From NCBI RefSeq assembly GCF_009914755.1, contig NC_060937.1: a DNA stretch of 64,000 nt; one strand, 5' to 3'. Position 1 is the stretch's first letter. The number at the start of each line of letters is the position of its first letter. The notes below the pieces were generated by a model. The model saw only the letters and a list, made by a program, of their open reading frames with translations. It was not told the DNA's origin and searched no databases. Source of the stretch: the human T2T-CHM13v2.0 reference genome, Homo sapiens. Shown piece by piece: positions 47,892 through 64,000 of the stretch. Both the position numbers and the translations under genes were made by a program.

Positions 47892-49252
47892 AGACCCGGT
47901 TACAGATTAGAGCACTGGACTTGGGGCCAGGATGTTTGTGTAAATGTCCCTGTGTGACCTTTAGTGAGTCACTTAACCTTTTGTAAACCCCAGCCACAGT
48001 ATGACTGCATTACCAGCTCCTCTGAACCCCCTGTGCTCAGTCTGCTGGAAGAATCCACCGTGCAGGGCGCTTGGTACTTTCTGCAAGCCATTGGGCCCCA
48101 GCCTAATGCTTTGTCTTGTCTTCCTTGAGCCCCTTCCTCTCCTGTCCTCAAGGGCTGTTCCAAACTCTCATCATTGCCGAGCCTTCCACATTTCTCCTCT
48201 CTACGCCTCCCCTTTGCAACCATCAGCCTCAATTTGTTCTATAAGAAACAATCTGAATTTTGCTCAGGTTTTTAATCCCTAATCTACAAAGTTACCTCTT
48301 TTTTTGCACAAACTCTCATCCATTTGTCCACTGTCCAACTTACTTGCTGTGTCCTCTTGCCTAGCCCAATGGCCAGGAAGAATGAGGATGAGGGAGAAAC
48401 CAAGGCTTAGAGAGGCCAGGTCACTCCCCAAAGTTACACAGGTGTGAAGAGAAGAGCGGGGACTCAATAAAGTTCTGTCCAACTCAGAAGGTCAGGTGCT
48501 CAGCCGCTACACTGTGTGGTGCTCCCTCCCAGAGATTCTTGTTAAAAGCAAGAGAGCTGCAAGAACTGGAAGTTCTTTCTTTCGGGATAGATCTCCTTCC
48601 ACAGTATTTTATAAAAATCACCTCAGCAGCTTAAAATCCCCCACAACGGTGCTCTTTCTGCTGTCTTTATTTTAGGAAGAGAAATGAAGATACTGATGTT
48701 AAAATGCTTCCTATCTCTCAGATGCTCAGAGAACTGATTTCAAAATCACCTGGTTGGCACTAAATCAAGAAAGTGTCCTTGCAAACTTTGTTCCGAGTGT
48801 AATTTCCTAGGGATCCTATGGCCTCTTGAGAACAGCATTTTAGGGACATGGATCACTGCTCTCTATAGAGGTAGCTCAACTCAAGAGCATTTTACATGTA
48901 GGCTCCAGACAGCAAACATGTCAACACACTGACCTCTCTGCTCCAGGTGACTGTTTGCTACACTGGGGATTGCACAAGTCAGAGACTTCAATGCAACTGG
49001 CTTTGTGATGGGTGGCAGGTGTGATGTGGGTCAGAGGTGAGAGGACAGACAGAATGGCTGCATGGAAAAGCGAGCATTTGCTATTCTACAGAATTCCATA
49101 ATGCACTGGTTAATGACACTAAAAGGAGAAATAATTTCACAAAATGTATCCCTGGTCCTGACACCACGTGGGGCGTGTTTTAACAAAGTGAGTTAATTGG
49201 GGTTGCAAATAGATCAAGAGCATAAAACATCTCTGACTCAAATGTATTTTTA

Positions 49253-49628
<376 letters not shown>

Positions 49629-49997
49629 TTACATGTTCTTGGCTGCTGATTAGAAATTTAAATTCTAGAATTAAAAAATTCTAGAAGTAGGAGTTTCCAG
49701 AGCTGATTAATTTAACAGCTCAAGAGTATCTGGGGAAGCTTCTCTGTAAGTCTCTTAGCCTTTCCCTCATGACTGCAAGATGGCTGCCACAGCTCTGCCT
49801 ATCACATCCGCACATGCAACATCCAAAGGCAGGAAGGAAGCACACTCACATATCTTCCTCTCATCAGAGAAAACAATCTTTCCCAGCAGCCCTCTGTCAG
49901 GCTTCCCCTTGTGTTTCATTGGCTTAGAAATGGGTCTCATACTCCTCCCAAAAATCAACACTCAGAGGAGACTGGTGTTAGCATGATCGCTTGAGAA

Positions 49998-50326
49998 TAG
50001 GGTCAGCAAAGTTCTTCTGAAGAGGACCAGCCAGTAAATATTTCAGGCTTTGCAGGGCATGGGGTCCATGTCACATCTAGTCAGCTCTGCTCTTGTAGAG
50101 CCAAAGCAGCTAGAGACACTGGAAACAAATACATATGCCTGTGTTCCAATGTCACTGTGGACACTGAAATTTGAATTTCATATATTTTTTACCTCTTACA
50201 AAGCATTTTTTTTGGTTCTTTTTCCAGCGAATTAAAAGTGTAAAAAGCATTTTGTATGGTATGAGGCCATACAAACACAGGTGGTAGGCCAGATTTGGTT
50301 AGCAGGCTGTAGTTTGTCAATCCCTG
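49998..50326. mobile_element. MER58-like hAT-Charlie element nested in an MLT1-like LTR remnant (~49690-50460)
   Basis: gggtcagcaaa...ccagtaaatatttcaggctttgcagg ... ggccagatttgg...gctgtagtttgtcaatccctg. Confidence 0.65.
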
Positions 50327-50776
50327 GTTTAGAGCAATGAGGACTCATCCCCTTGGGGCTGTGGGAAGGGACCACCTTCCCTGAAACATCACCACTCACA
50401 CCTGAAAAAAAGAAGGGTGAGGGAAGTGTTGTTAGGCAACTGAGAATGTCTCCTACAGCATATTAAGGTTATGGAAAAACGCTGAGGGTTATGATAATTT
50501 TTAAAAAGCAAATTACATGTCAATATGGGCAGGATGATCCCAACCAATTCTGCTTGTTGAAATCCCTGCCATTCACTGAAATCTATGTTAGACGCAGCCA
50601 CCCGAGAGCACCTGTTTCTGATTCCTGGTTCTCAGAAGCCAAATTGGAGCATCCCTTCCTATCCATGACAAACTTCCCTTTAGCACCTATCCTGTGCTGG
50701 ATGCTGTCAACCCAAACTAACTGCTGGAAATGCAGAAGTGAAAGAGCCAATGGCTAGCCTCAAAGAAATCACTGTC

Positions 50777-51127
<351 letters not shown>

Positions 51128-51129
51128 TC

Positions 51130-51860
51130 AGGGGTGGGTATGCAGCAAGAGGCATGTGGGTAGGGGGGCATCCCTGGAGGGAATGAATGAGGGATGGAAT
51201 AGAAGTTTCAGGGGAGGCCCACAGGAGACCTCTGTGCCAACATAAATGGCATCTGGCCCTTTGTTAAGAGGATGAATGTAGTTGGTGTATCATCTACTCC
51301 AGGGGCCAGGAGAGTTGCAACTAAGCCAGGCTCTTAGTTGTAATCAACAGAAGCACAGAAGAGATTGATTAAAAGGATTAAAAGGTTGTAGAGTGACTCT
51401 TCTGCTTGCTGGATGGGGAGGTGGAATGCCGTGAATAGCTTCCTGCACCAAGGCCCTATGCCCACTGCAGTCCTGGCCTGCAGTGGAAACCACTGCTGCT
51501 GCCCCCCTAGAGCTCTGGATGTGATGGTTTGTGATGCTGCCCCTTCTCATACCAGGGCCACAGCCCAGTATCCTTTGCTCCTCCAAAGCTGTGTGCCTGC
51601 GTTACCAGCTTTGCCCGGTACATCACTTACACACTGCGTCCACTGCCTTGGATTGCTTATCTCTAAGTTGGTATCTCATGTAGATGCAGCTGATGGAGGG
51701 AGGCTGGGTCGTGTGCCTGTACCCTGCTCTGCATAGAAGCCTGGCTGACTGGGATCTCTGGCAACTGCCTTGGAGAGGTAGGACTCACTCGTGTGTTAGG
51801 AAATCCCCAGAACATAGCCGGGGTTTTCAAACAATGCTAGGCAGCCAAAAAACATGACAC
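51130..51860. mobile_element. MLT1-like (ERVL-MaLR) LTR remnant
   Basis: ggctcttagttgtaatcaacagaagc...gctgggtcgtgtgcctgtaccctgctctgca motifs. Confidence 0.45.
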
Positions 51861-52067
51861 ATGTCCACTCTGCATGGACCAAGCATCCCAGTCAGAGGAA
51901 ACATGCAAAGGCACAGAGGTGTGAACCGGCAGAGCATGTTTGGGGAAATGGAAGCAGTTTGTTTCTGCAGAAGAGAGCAGTGAGTGTTGGGAGAGTTGCT
52001 TGGTGCAGCCAGCAGGAGCCCCTGCTAAACTCATGGTCCTTGTGGCTCCAACCTCAAGGGAAAATAC

Positions 52068-53347
52068 TTTTTTTTTTGAGACAGAGTCTTGCTGTGCCAC
52101 CCAGGCCTGAGTGCAGTGGCATGATCACAGCTCACTGCAGCCTCGAACTCCTGGGTCCAGGTTCATGTCCGTGTCCTGAATGGCTGGGACTACAGGCGTG
52201 CGCCACCACCCCCAGCTAATTTTTGTATTTTTCTGTAGAGATGGGTTTTTGCCATGTTGCCCAGGCTGCTCTTGAACTCCTGGTCTCAAGCAATCCTCTT
52301 GCTTTGGCCTCCCAAAGCACTGGGATTACAGTTGTGAGCTATCAAGCCCAGCAAGGGCAAGTACCTGTATCTTACTCAGTGTTCCCTGCTGAGGCCCAGG
52401 AGCTGTGATTAACTCCTTGCTGGGCCCAGGGCCCTGCCCCTGGTGAGTTTTAGTCAGTATCTGTCTAAAGGAATTATCTTTGTAAACTGTTGGATTGCAT
52501 CATTGTTGTGAAATAGCAAGTGTATGCAGCTTCTCTCTCTTTCTCTTCTCTCTCTCCTTCTCTCTTGTGTGTACATTTCCACAATGTACTATTTTATAAT
52601 TACATTAATAATGGTTCCCCCAGTAAAAATAATCTGGATTTAGACCGTTGGTATCTAAATATTTGTATGGCACCTATCACTAGATATTTAGCCATTTATA
52701 AACATCTTTTTAAAATGCTTTCATTAAATTAGTTATTCTGGGCAAACACAGGCAAATATAACCATTGAAAGGACACACAAATAAAGGTCCAGCAGAGTTG
52801 AGATGCCATTGCCTTAGAGATTAGCATGCAAGCTCTGGATCAGACACCTGAGAGGGAAATCCTAGCCTCTCTGCTTCCAGCTGGATGAATCGGAAAAGTC
52901 TCTTGGGGTGGGAATGAGAGGAAAGATCTGGTTCTGCCAGTTGATGCTTTGAGTACCCCCTGCTCCATGCTGCTGCTTCTCAGCTTCATGCGATTGTACC
53001 TTTGAGGACTTCCATGGGCCACATTCTAACCTTTTTTAATTTTTTTAAGACACAAGGTCTTGCTCTGTCACCCAGGCTGGAGTGCTGTGGCGTGACCATA
53101 GCTCACTGCAGCCTTGAGCTCCGAGACTCAAATGATCCTCCCACCTCAGCCTCCTAAGTAGCTGAGACCACAGGCCTGTGCCACCCTGCCTGGCTAATTT
53201 TTAATTATTTTGTTTGTGTGTTTGTTTGTAGAGAAGGAGGTCTCACTATATTGACCAGGCTGTTCTCAAACTCATGGCCTCAAAACAATCCTCCCATCTA
53301 AACCTCCCAAAGTGCTGTGATTACAGGTGTGAGCCACCGTGCCCAGC
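52068..53347 (-). mobile_element. Two antisense AluJ (~52068-52352; ~53030-53347)
   Basis: AluJ-type consensus (atagctcactgcagcc). Confidence 0.82.
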
Positions 53348-56084
53348 ACTAACCCTCTTATTTACAATGGGATTGTTTGCCTCACTGTGCCTAAATTTGT
53401 AAAACATGGCCAATTCTTAAATGCTCTGTCATTCAAAGTATTTAGTCAATCTCTCTGTTCCAATTAAGCACCAGAAATTTGGAGATGAAAAGCCGCACCT
53501 CATTTCGTTCACTGAGAATCACAAAGCCAGGCACAGGGGGCTGGGAGCAGTAGAGCATGGGCACAGAACCCAGCCCAGAGGACCAGGAAAGGTTCTAGAG
53601 CTTGGGGCAAGAGCTGAGCCTTGAAGTAGGAGTAGGAGTTAGGCAGGGAGGAAGAAGGAAACGCAGCATTGGATGGCAAGGAGGTGGGGGAAGGCATGGC
53701 CGTGTCTGGGAGCTGCAGGGGCTCCCGTCAGGGTGGGAGGAGAGGTAATGGGAAGGAGACTAGCGAAGGAGGCAGGGCTGATCTTGAGGGGTCTCACAGG
53801 CCCTGCTAAGAGAGTGCAGGATTTCTTTAGAGGATGGTAGAGGGAGCCGCTGAGTAATACAGACTTCCTGATGTGAACGTAGCTGTGTGGAGGAGGCTGA
53901 CAGCATGGACTCTGGGTCGACTGTCCGGTCCTCAAAAGCTGGCTCTCCCACCTGATGACTTTGTGATAGTGAGAAGCTCCTGTAAGCCTCAAATTTCTCA
54001 TCTTAAAAGTGAAAAATGGTGTTACTTGCCTCAGGAAATTTTGTGAAGATGAGAAAATACAAATAAAGCACTATTATAGTGTCTAATACTTAGTGGTCAA
54101 TAAATGCTAACTATGGTTGTTATTGATCATTTGAATAATAATGAGGTATACAGTTTGTCTCATTTTGTAGACTTGTGATAATGGAATGAATGAACTTTGT
54201 CACAGCAAAATAAGTTTAAAATGTTAGTTGTGTATCCTGATAGAAAATATAAACTTAAAAAAATTTCTTCATGAGACAGAGGTCTCACTATGTTGCTCAG
54301 GCTGGTCTCCAACTCCTGGCCTCAAGCTAACCTCTCACCTCAGCCATTGTGCCTGGCTAATATAAACATTTGTTTATTCATTCCACAAATATTGATTGAC
54401 CATGAAGGATGTACCAGGCACAGTTCCAGGCTCTTGGGATAAGGTAGTAAATGAGGCTGCCCCCTCGATGAGGGATCCCTACTCTCACTGAGCTTACATT
54501 CCAGCGGGGAGGCTGATGATGAAAAAGGAAACAATGTGATTCCCAAGACCTGTACGTTCCGCCAGGGCAGGGAACTTGTTGCATTTGTACCTTGATCTAT
54601 CCCAAGTGCATGAGACAGGGCCTAGGTCAGGCACTTGATGAACGTGTTGAGTGAATGGAAGATTATTTCAGATAGTGCTGAGTGCCGGAAGACAAGGAAA
54701 CAGCGCTACATGACAGAATGGGAAGGTCGACTTGGCTAGATGCGGTGCACGGCTGAGAAAGCACTGCTGAGCTGAAGTGGATGGTATGAAGGAATCAGTC
54801 ATGGGACAGTCTTTGGGACAGCTATTCCAGGCCAAAGAATTTTCCATGCCTAAGCTGAAGGCCCTGAGGCAGGGCTGTGCTGGGAATGCACAAAGACGGG
54901 AATGAATGGACCCCACAGCACAGGGGCCAGTAATTTGTGGGTCATTGGCAGGCATGTCTTTTATCTAACAGGAGACTATTTTTGCCTCCAGAGGGCACTT
55001 GAACATAACAAATGCATCTAAGGGCCAGCTTGGGTTAACACTTAGACAGAAAGCAGTTTCCTGAAAGCATAACTTCAGAGGCCAGGAAAGCAAAAAGAAA
55101 ATAATCTCAGCTGTAGCCTTTGCTTATTGAAATTTGAAAGCACCTCTTTTAAAAATTAACTTTTATGAGATAGTACAAGTGTTAGCTAGCAATGTGGGCT
55201 TTCATACATTAGTGTTAGTTTAACAACATAGCCCTCCCCTTGGTGGATAGATGAGAGAGCAGTTTGACAGGTAGGAGAGGGGACGAAAGGCTAATTTAGA
55301 GAGGTCTCGGCAAAGGTGTCAGGTCTGGGTGAGACCCAAAGCAAGGAGGCTCTGAGAAGCTAAAAGGCAACATAGAGAGGGGCCAAGGGACGGGGGAGAA
55401 TGAGTACAAGAAGGCAAGAGGATGGGCTGGGGGAACCAGAGTACTCTCATGCACTTTAGAAATTGACCTGAGGACAGTTCTGCCTGGTCATATCTCTGTC
55501 GTCTCCAAAAGTCATGTGCTAAGCACTGTTTCAACATAGTTCTATGTCATATGCTGTGCAATACACACTAGTGTGACATGATCCTGGTCTTCCATGTACC
55601 TAAAATCCAAAGCAGTTTTACACATGAATATACTAAGAATGAGTCATCTTACGTGGAGGGGAAAGACAAGTACCTAGACAATCTAATTTGAAGGACACGA
55701 AACCACTTCGTCTTCAGTCCCATCTCCCGTAAGTCCTCCTGCTGTGGGCCTCTCCATGCTCCTCCCTCTTACTTTGTCCTTTGGCTTTGGGCACTAAAGC
55801 GCTTGTGAAGAAGCTAATGAAATCTAGGAAACTCATCCATCTGGGTGCAACCTCTCTGGGCCTCCACAGGCCTGGCACCTGTTGCATTGCCTATCTTGTT
55901 AGTTTACCTGCTCCACATCTGTGATCTCTGCTAGATCACCAGCCCCTTGAAGCAGGGAACAAGTCATACTCACCTGTGTGTTCCAAGGGGACTAAAGCTT
56001 CATTTTTCACATAGTGTTATACAGTTACACTAATATCATCTACCTATATATTATATAAACATGCACGTATGTTCATCTTTTGCT

Positions 56085-56706
<622 letters not shown>

Positions 56707-58487
56707 TGACGAAACAGCTCTTAATCCACCTAAGAAAAAAGAAAGGAAATACCACATCCAGTATATACCACACACATCATCCCTCACCCAGATCAGGAAA
56801 CCTCACGATGAGTTATGCCCCCAGTAAGCCCATCCAGCCTCATTCTCTCCTTCTTTCTGTGCCTTTAGCTAGTACACTGCCTTTGGAAAGATGTCCATAA
56901 TCCTTTAATACTTTTGCTAGTAGAGCCACAAGTGAATAGAAGTAGGTAGCTGAAACTGCTGGACAACTGGGTTTATTCTGCAGGCTTATTTCACAAAGCG
57001 CAAACCTCAGAAAACTGAGGCCATTGCTGGCCTGGCTAGTTGGATTTCCAAATATTGACCATTCCTGGACTCCTCATTACAGGTTTTCATACACCTGCTG
57101 AGACACATGACTGCCCTTGTTGGATAATCCTGATGTCATTGAGGAAATTAAATGAGATGAGGGTGTAAATTGTTCAGTGTGCAGTGGGCAGTCAGTGGTG
57201 TTATTGTCTCATTAACACATTGCAGCTATTTATGCTGCCCCCTGATTTTGTTGGAAACAGTCTTATGTACTTTTTTTACACAGAGGCATTGAAAGTTAAT
57301 TCATAGTTGATTTTAGGGGAAAGGATTACTTTGAACATAAAAGACACAGATTTACAGACATTTATTGGGAAATGAAGTCACGTATATGGGCAATTCTAGT
57401 GACTAAAAAGCAATTAATAAATTACATTTGATTGCTTGTCAAGTACATAGACAAGTATGATGGAAAATGGTATAAAACAAACAGCAGAATAGGATACATT
57501 TTGCTGGAAAAGCAAAGTAGTGACAGAGCATGTAAGCCTCACCTGGGCCATGACATTCGTGTTCTGCCATCCTGCCACTTGGGAGAAGTGGCTTCATGGT
57601 TTACCTTTTTGTGTGTCATCCACTAGCATGAACTACTGATTACTTCATGCAGATGGACAGAATATTCTCAATTTTTCTGAATCTTTGTAGATGTATTATT
57701 TATTCACTTAGATCTTTCCAAGATGTATTATTTACTAGATCTAAAGTGTTTCTTAGAATTCATGTAGTAATTAAATAATGTTAGAAAAGAATCTGGGGTA
57801 CATTAAATATCATGAGAAAGAAATTCATTAAGGTGAATTGAAATTGCTTGTACCATTAAGGTAATGTGCTATTTTAATATCTTTGCTGTGATTTTGTAAC
57901 TTTGTAAGAGTTAACCTGTTTTTAGTATTTCTACGCTATTATGAATACCATGCATAACATAGTTTTTCAGCTTTTCACTAGTCATTGACTCCCATCTCTA
58001 ATCATTAGCTATCAACTTTCAAATGATCATTTATTCATAGAGTGTTTTGGAATCAGGGTGGTGATTATAAAAGTTGGGTGAGCATTATTGTGTTGTATGG
58101 CAGTAAATAGAACTGTTGTCCTGGACTCTAGATACTGGTCAGCATGGGCTTCAAAGATTTCTTTTGGGCAGCTGGACCAACCCCTTCCCTGTGGTTCTTC
58201 TGCATCCATGCAACCCCCAGAGCAAGTCAGATTCTTGGTGCTGGTCCTTCCTATCTGCTCATCCCACTGCAGAAAACAAAGAATGCCTATCTGTGTCTCA
58301 GGATAGGACTGATCCTAAGCTCTCATGCTGGACTCCTCCAAAGATATGCTATACTTTGGAACACAGAAAAACTCTTCATAATATCCAGTGCTAAGTGCTT
58401 TATAATACAATTGAATGCAAGAGCAACACTATTTTCACTTAGATTTCTGACTTTTAATGATGATTCAAGAGGTCTGCAGCACCATGA

Positions 58488-61300
<2,813 letters not shown>

Positions 61301-61359
61301 GTTTTTTAAAGAAAATACTGATGAAATGAATGGAATTAACTAATTCAAAGTTTTCTAGG

Positions 61360-62254
61360 ATGTGGTAGCAACTCTCTGAAAATCGTCCCCCAGTGGCCAC
61401 TGCTGCTGGTACTTTCAGGGAAGTGTGGTTCCTTCACTTTGAATCTGGACTGGCCCTGTGACCCATTTTGCACCAATAGAATGAAATGAAAGTGATGTCA
61501 TGTGACTTTCAATGCTGTGCAGCTTTAGTCTGGTGTGAATGTTCACTCTAAGGCAAGCCAGCTGCTCTGTAAGAAGTCCAAATATAGGCCAGGCCCAGTG
61601 GCTCACGTCTGTAATCCCAGCACTTTGGGAGGCCGAGGCAGGCCGATCACGAGGTCAAGAGATCAAGATCATCCTGGCCAATGTGGTGAAACCCCATCTC
61701 TACTAAAAATACAAAAATTAGCTGGGCGTGGTGGTGCATGCCTGTAGTTCTAGCTACTCGGGAAGCTGAGGCAGGAGAATTGCTTGAACTCAGGAGGTGG
61801 AGGTTGGAGTAAGCTGAGATTGCGCCACTGTACTCCAGCCTGGAGAGAGAGAGAGACTAAAAAAAAAAAATAATAATAATAATAAAAAGAAGTCCAAATA
61901 TGCTGAGATGCCATGCTGTGAGGAAGTGCAACCCAGCCAGGTACAAAAGTCATGGGGCAAGCTGGCGCAGTGTCTCACGCCTGTAATCCCACACTTTGGG
62001 AGGCTGAGGCAGGTGGATCACCTGAGGTCAGGAGTTTGAGACCAGCCTGGACAACATGGTGAAACTCCCGTCTCTACTAAAAAAATACAAAAAGTAGCCA
62101 GGTGTGGTGTCGTATGCTAATCTGGAGGCTGCTAATCTCCAGCTAATCTGGAGGCTGAGGCAGGAGGATAGCTTGAACCTGGGAGGCAGAGGTTGTAGTG
62201 AGTCAAGATCACGACACTGTGCTTCAGCCTGGGCAACAGAGTGAGACTTCATCT

Positions 62255-62286
<32 letters not shown>

Positions 62287-62375
62287 CACGGGGCAAAGGT
62301 GTGGAGAGAGATTCAGCTAGCCCCTGTTTCTTCCAGTTACTCCAGCTGAGGCATCAGATGTGTGGGTGAAGAAAC
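61360..62375. mobile_element. MLT1-like LTR fragments interrupted by Alus
   Basis: tgtggtagc...ctttgaatctggactggccctgtgac...gaagtgatgtcatgtgacttt; ccagctgaggcatcagatgtgtgggtgaagaa. Confidence 0.55.
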
Positions 62376-62680
62376 CACCAGACGCGGTGGCTCACGCCTC
62401 TAATACCAGCACTTTGGGAGGCCGAGGCGGGCGGATCACGAGGTCAGGAGTTTGAGACCAGCCTGGCCAACATGCTGAAACCCCGTCTCTACTAAAAGTA
62501 CAAAAAAGAAAAAAAAAATAGCCGGGCGTGGTGGCGCACGCCTGTAATCCTAGCTACTCAGGAGACTGAGGCAGGAGAACTGGTTGAACACGGGAGGCGG
62601 AGGTTGCAGTGAGCTAAGATCGCGCCACTGCGCTCCAGCCTGGGCGACAGAGGGAGAGTCAGTCTCAGAAAAACAACAAC
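61587..62680 (+). mobile_element. Three sense Alus (~61587-61890, ~61961-62285, ~62380-62680)
   Basis: Dimers with A-tails. Confidence 0.9.
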
Positions 62681-62739
62681 ATAAAAACAGACTGATCATC
62701 TGTAGTTTTTGCACAACTGATCACGCCCTCCACTATCTT

Positions 62740-63030
62740 GTTCGGCGGTCTCGGCGGTCTGGAATCCTCCTAGGCCAGCGAACCTTACTGAACACTGGCG
62801 AGGACTCCGCCTCTAGGAATAGAATCGCGGGGTAGGTGGGGTCGTCTGGAGGTAGCTGGCTCCGCCCGGCCCGCGGGCGAGTCCGGAATACAGTTACCCA
62901 CCTCAGTTGCCCACCGGAAAGCAAAGGGAGAGGAACCCGCCAGACCAGAAACGGAAGAGAGCGCGGGGGATGTGTTTGGCGTGGGGCGCACTGTTCAGTT
63001 GCTCTCCTGGATGGCTTTATGTCTCCGCGG
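62740..63030 (+). promoter_or_regulatory. CpG-rich MRPS31-type housekeeping promoter
   Basis: GC box CTCCGCCC (~62860) and three CGGAA ETS cores (~62884, ~62915, ~62953) just upstream of the MRPS31-like exon. Confidence 0.7.
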
Positions 63031-63181
63031 TGTTTCCTAGAGTCTCGGCGTTTCTACCTCTTCGCACCCTTTCCTGCCACCCTTTGTCCCCTGGAAGCCC
63101 GGAGACATCAGCGGCTGCAATTTTGCTACTCGCTGCTCGGCGTGGAACTGTCAGGTACCGCAGTTCAGCACTTTTGGCTCC
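63030..63181 (+). pseudogene. MRPS31P4: MRPS31 paralog exon 1 (mitochondrial presequence region), start codon mutated to GTG
   Basis: GTG TTT CCT AGA GTC TCG... = [50 protein letters not shown] vs MRPS31 [51 protein letters not shown] (recalled). Paralog number inferred. Confidence 0.85.
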
Positions 63182-64000
63182 GCAGGTCCTCGGGCATCCC
63201 TGTGCCCCGTGCTGTACATTCAGTTATCCTCCAACTTCCTGGTGTCGATGTTATTACCTGCTGGGTTTTAGAAGCTATTGCTTTAAATCTGAGAAAAGAA
63301 AAATCCCAGAAAGATAAGATGACTTGCCCAAGGAAACATAGCGTGCGTGGAAGACAGAGCTCCAATTACAAGCCGGGTCGCTGTGCCTCATTCGTCTTGT
63401 CATCAACTCCTGTCAGTTTATCCAAGCTCCAAAAGCGAAGTTGTTTTAGCTTTTGCTTCCCAAGATTTATGTGATAGTCTCATTTCTGTTTCCTTCATTT
63501 ATTCTTTAGTTCATTATTGGAAAACTTTACAGCGTGCCAGTACTGGTCATAAACCCCAAGTAAGACAGTCTTGTCATCACGGAGTGTGTAGTTCCAGCAA
63601 GTAGACAATTTAAGTGCTGTGTAGTGAAGTAATTGCTGAGATAGTGTATGGAAGCACAGAGTACACCATTCATCCAACAAGTAATTGCTGGAGGAGCAAA
63701 TAGGGACACCTAACCATTGCAGGGGCGACTCAGGATATCCTTTCTGGAAGAAAAGTCTGATGAAATCTGAAGGACCACTGGTTGAAGTTAGCCAGGAAAG
63801 AAAACGTGTTGCAGCATACTTGGTTTTGCTGTTTATCCTCCGAGTACTTTATTGTTATGAAAGCCTAATTCCACTGTGTAACTTCCATGCATAACACTCA
63901 GAAGCCAGTTAAGTACAGTGCTGAAGCAGGTTAGTAGCAGTGAAGATGGGAAGGACCAGCTGAATGGAGGAGAAAAATTGCCCAGGTAGAATTAAGGGGA

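Noticed and set aside
62836-63474. 212-aa ORF
   Set aside because: Out of frame with the MRPS31 homology, runs from promoter into intron, no recognisable protein.

Overview
Primate (very likely human) genomic DNA, rich in Alu and L1 repeats, with no intact protein-coding gene. It is a duplicated or relict copy of the TPTE-SLC25A15-MRPS31 gene trio. (1) On + are the last seven exons of an unprocessed TPTE2/VSP-family pseudogene (16.7-32.6 kb); six are open and in phase, and the last has a -1 frameshift. (2) On - is a 5' remnant of an SLC25A15 paralog: a CpG island at 45.3-46.1 kb and the first coding exon at 42644-42766 with ATG>GTG. I could not find its downstream exons; a twin-primed L1 without a TSD lies where they would be expected. 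(3) On + are an MRPS31-type promoter and exon 1 (62.7-63.2 kb), again with ATG>GTG. From memory this fits human 13q14.3 (TPTE2P3-MRPS31P4/HNRNPA1L2, alternatively TPTE2P2-MRPS31P5); paralog numbers are inference and need BLAT. The best leads are ancestral VSP features in the pseudogene, a probable L1-associated deletion, a TTAA-centred palindrome on a piggyBac MER85 end, a Tigger inserted inside a splice donor, and possible recycling of dead-gene promoters and exons as 5' leaders. I see no evidence of a wholly new biological system. Repeat boundaries are approximate and subfamily names come from recalled consensus motifs.
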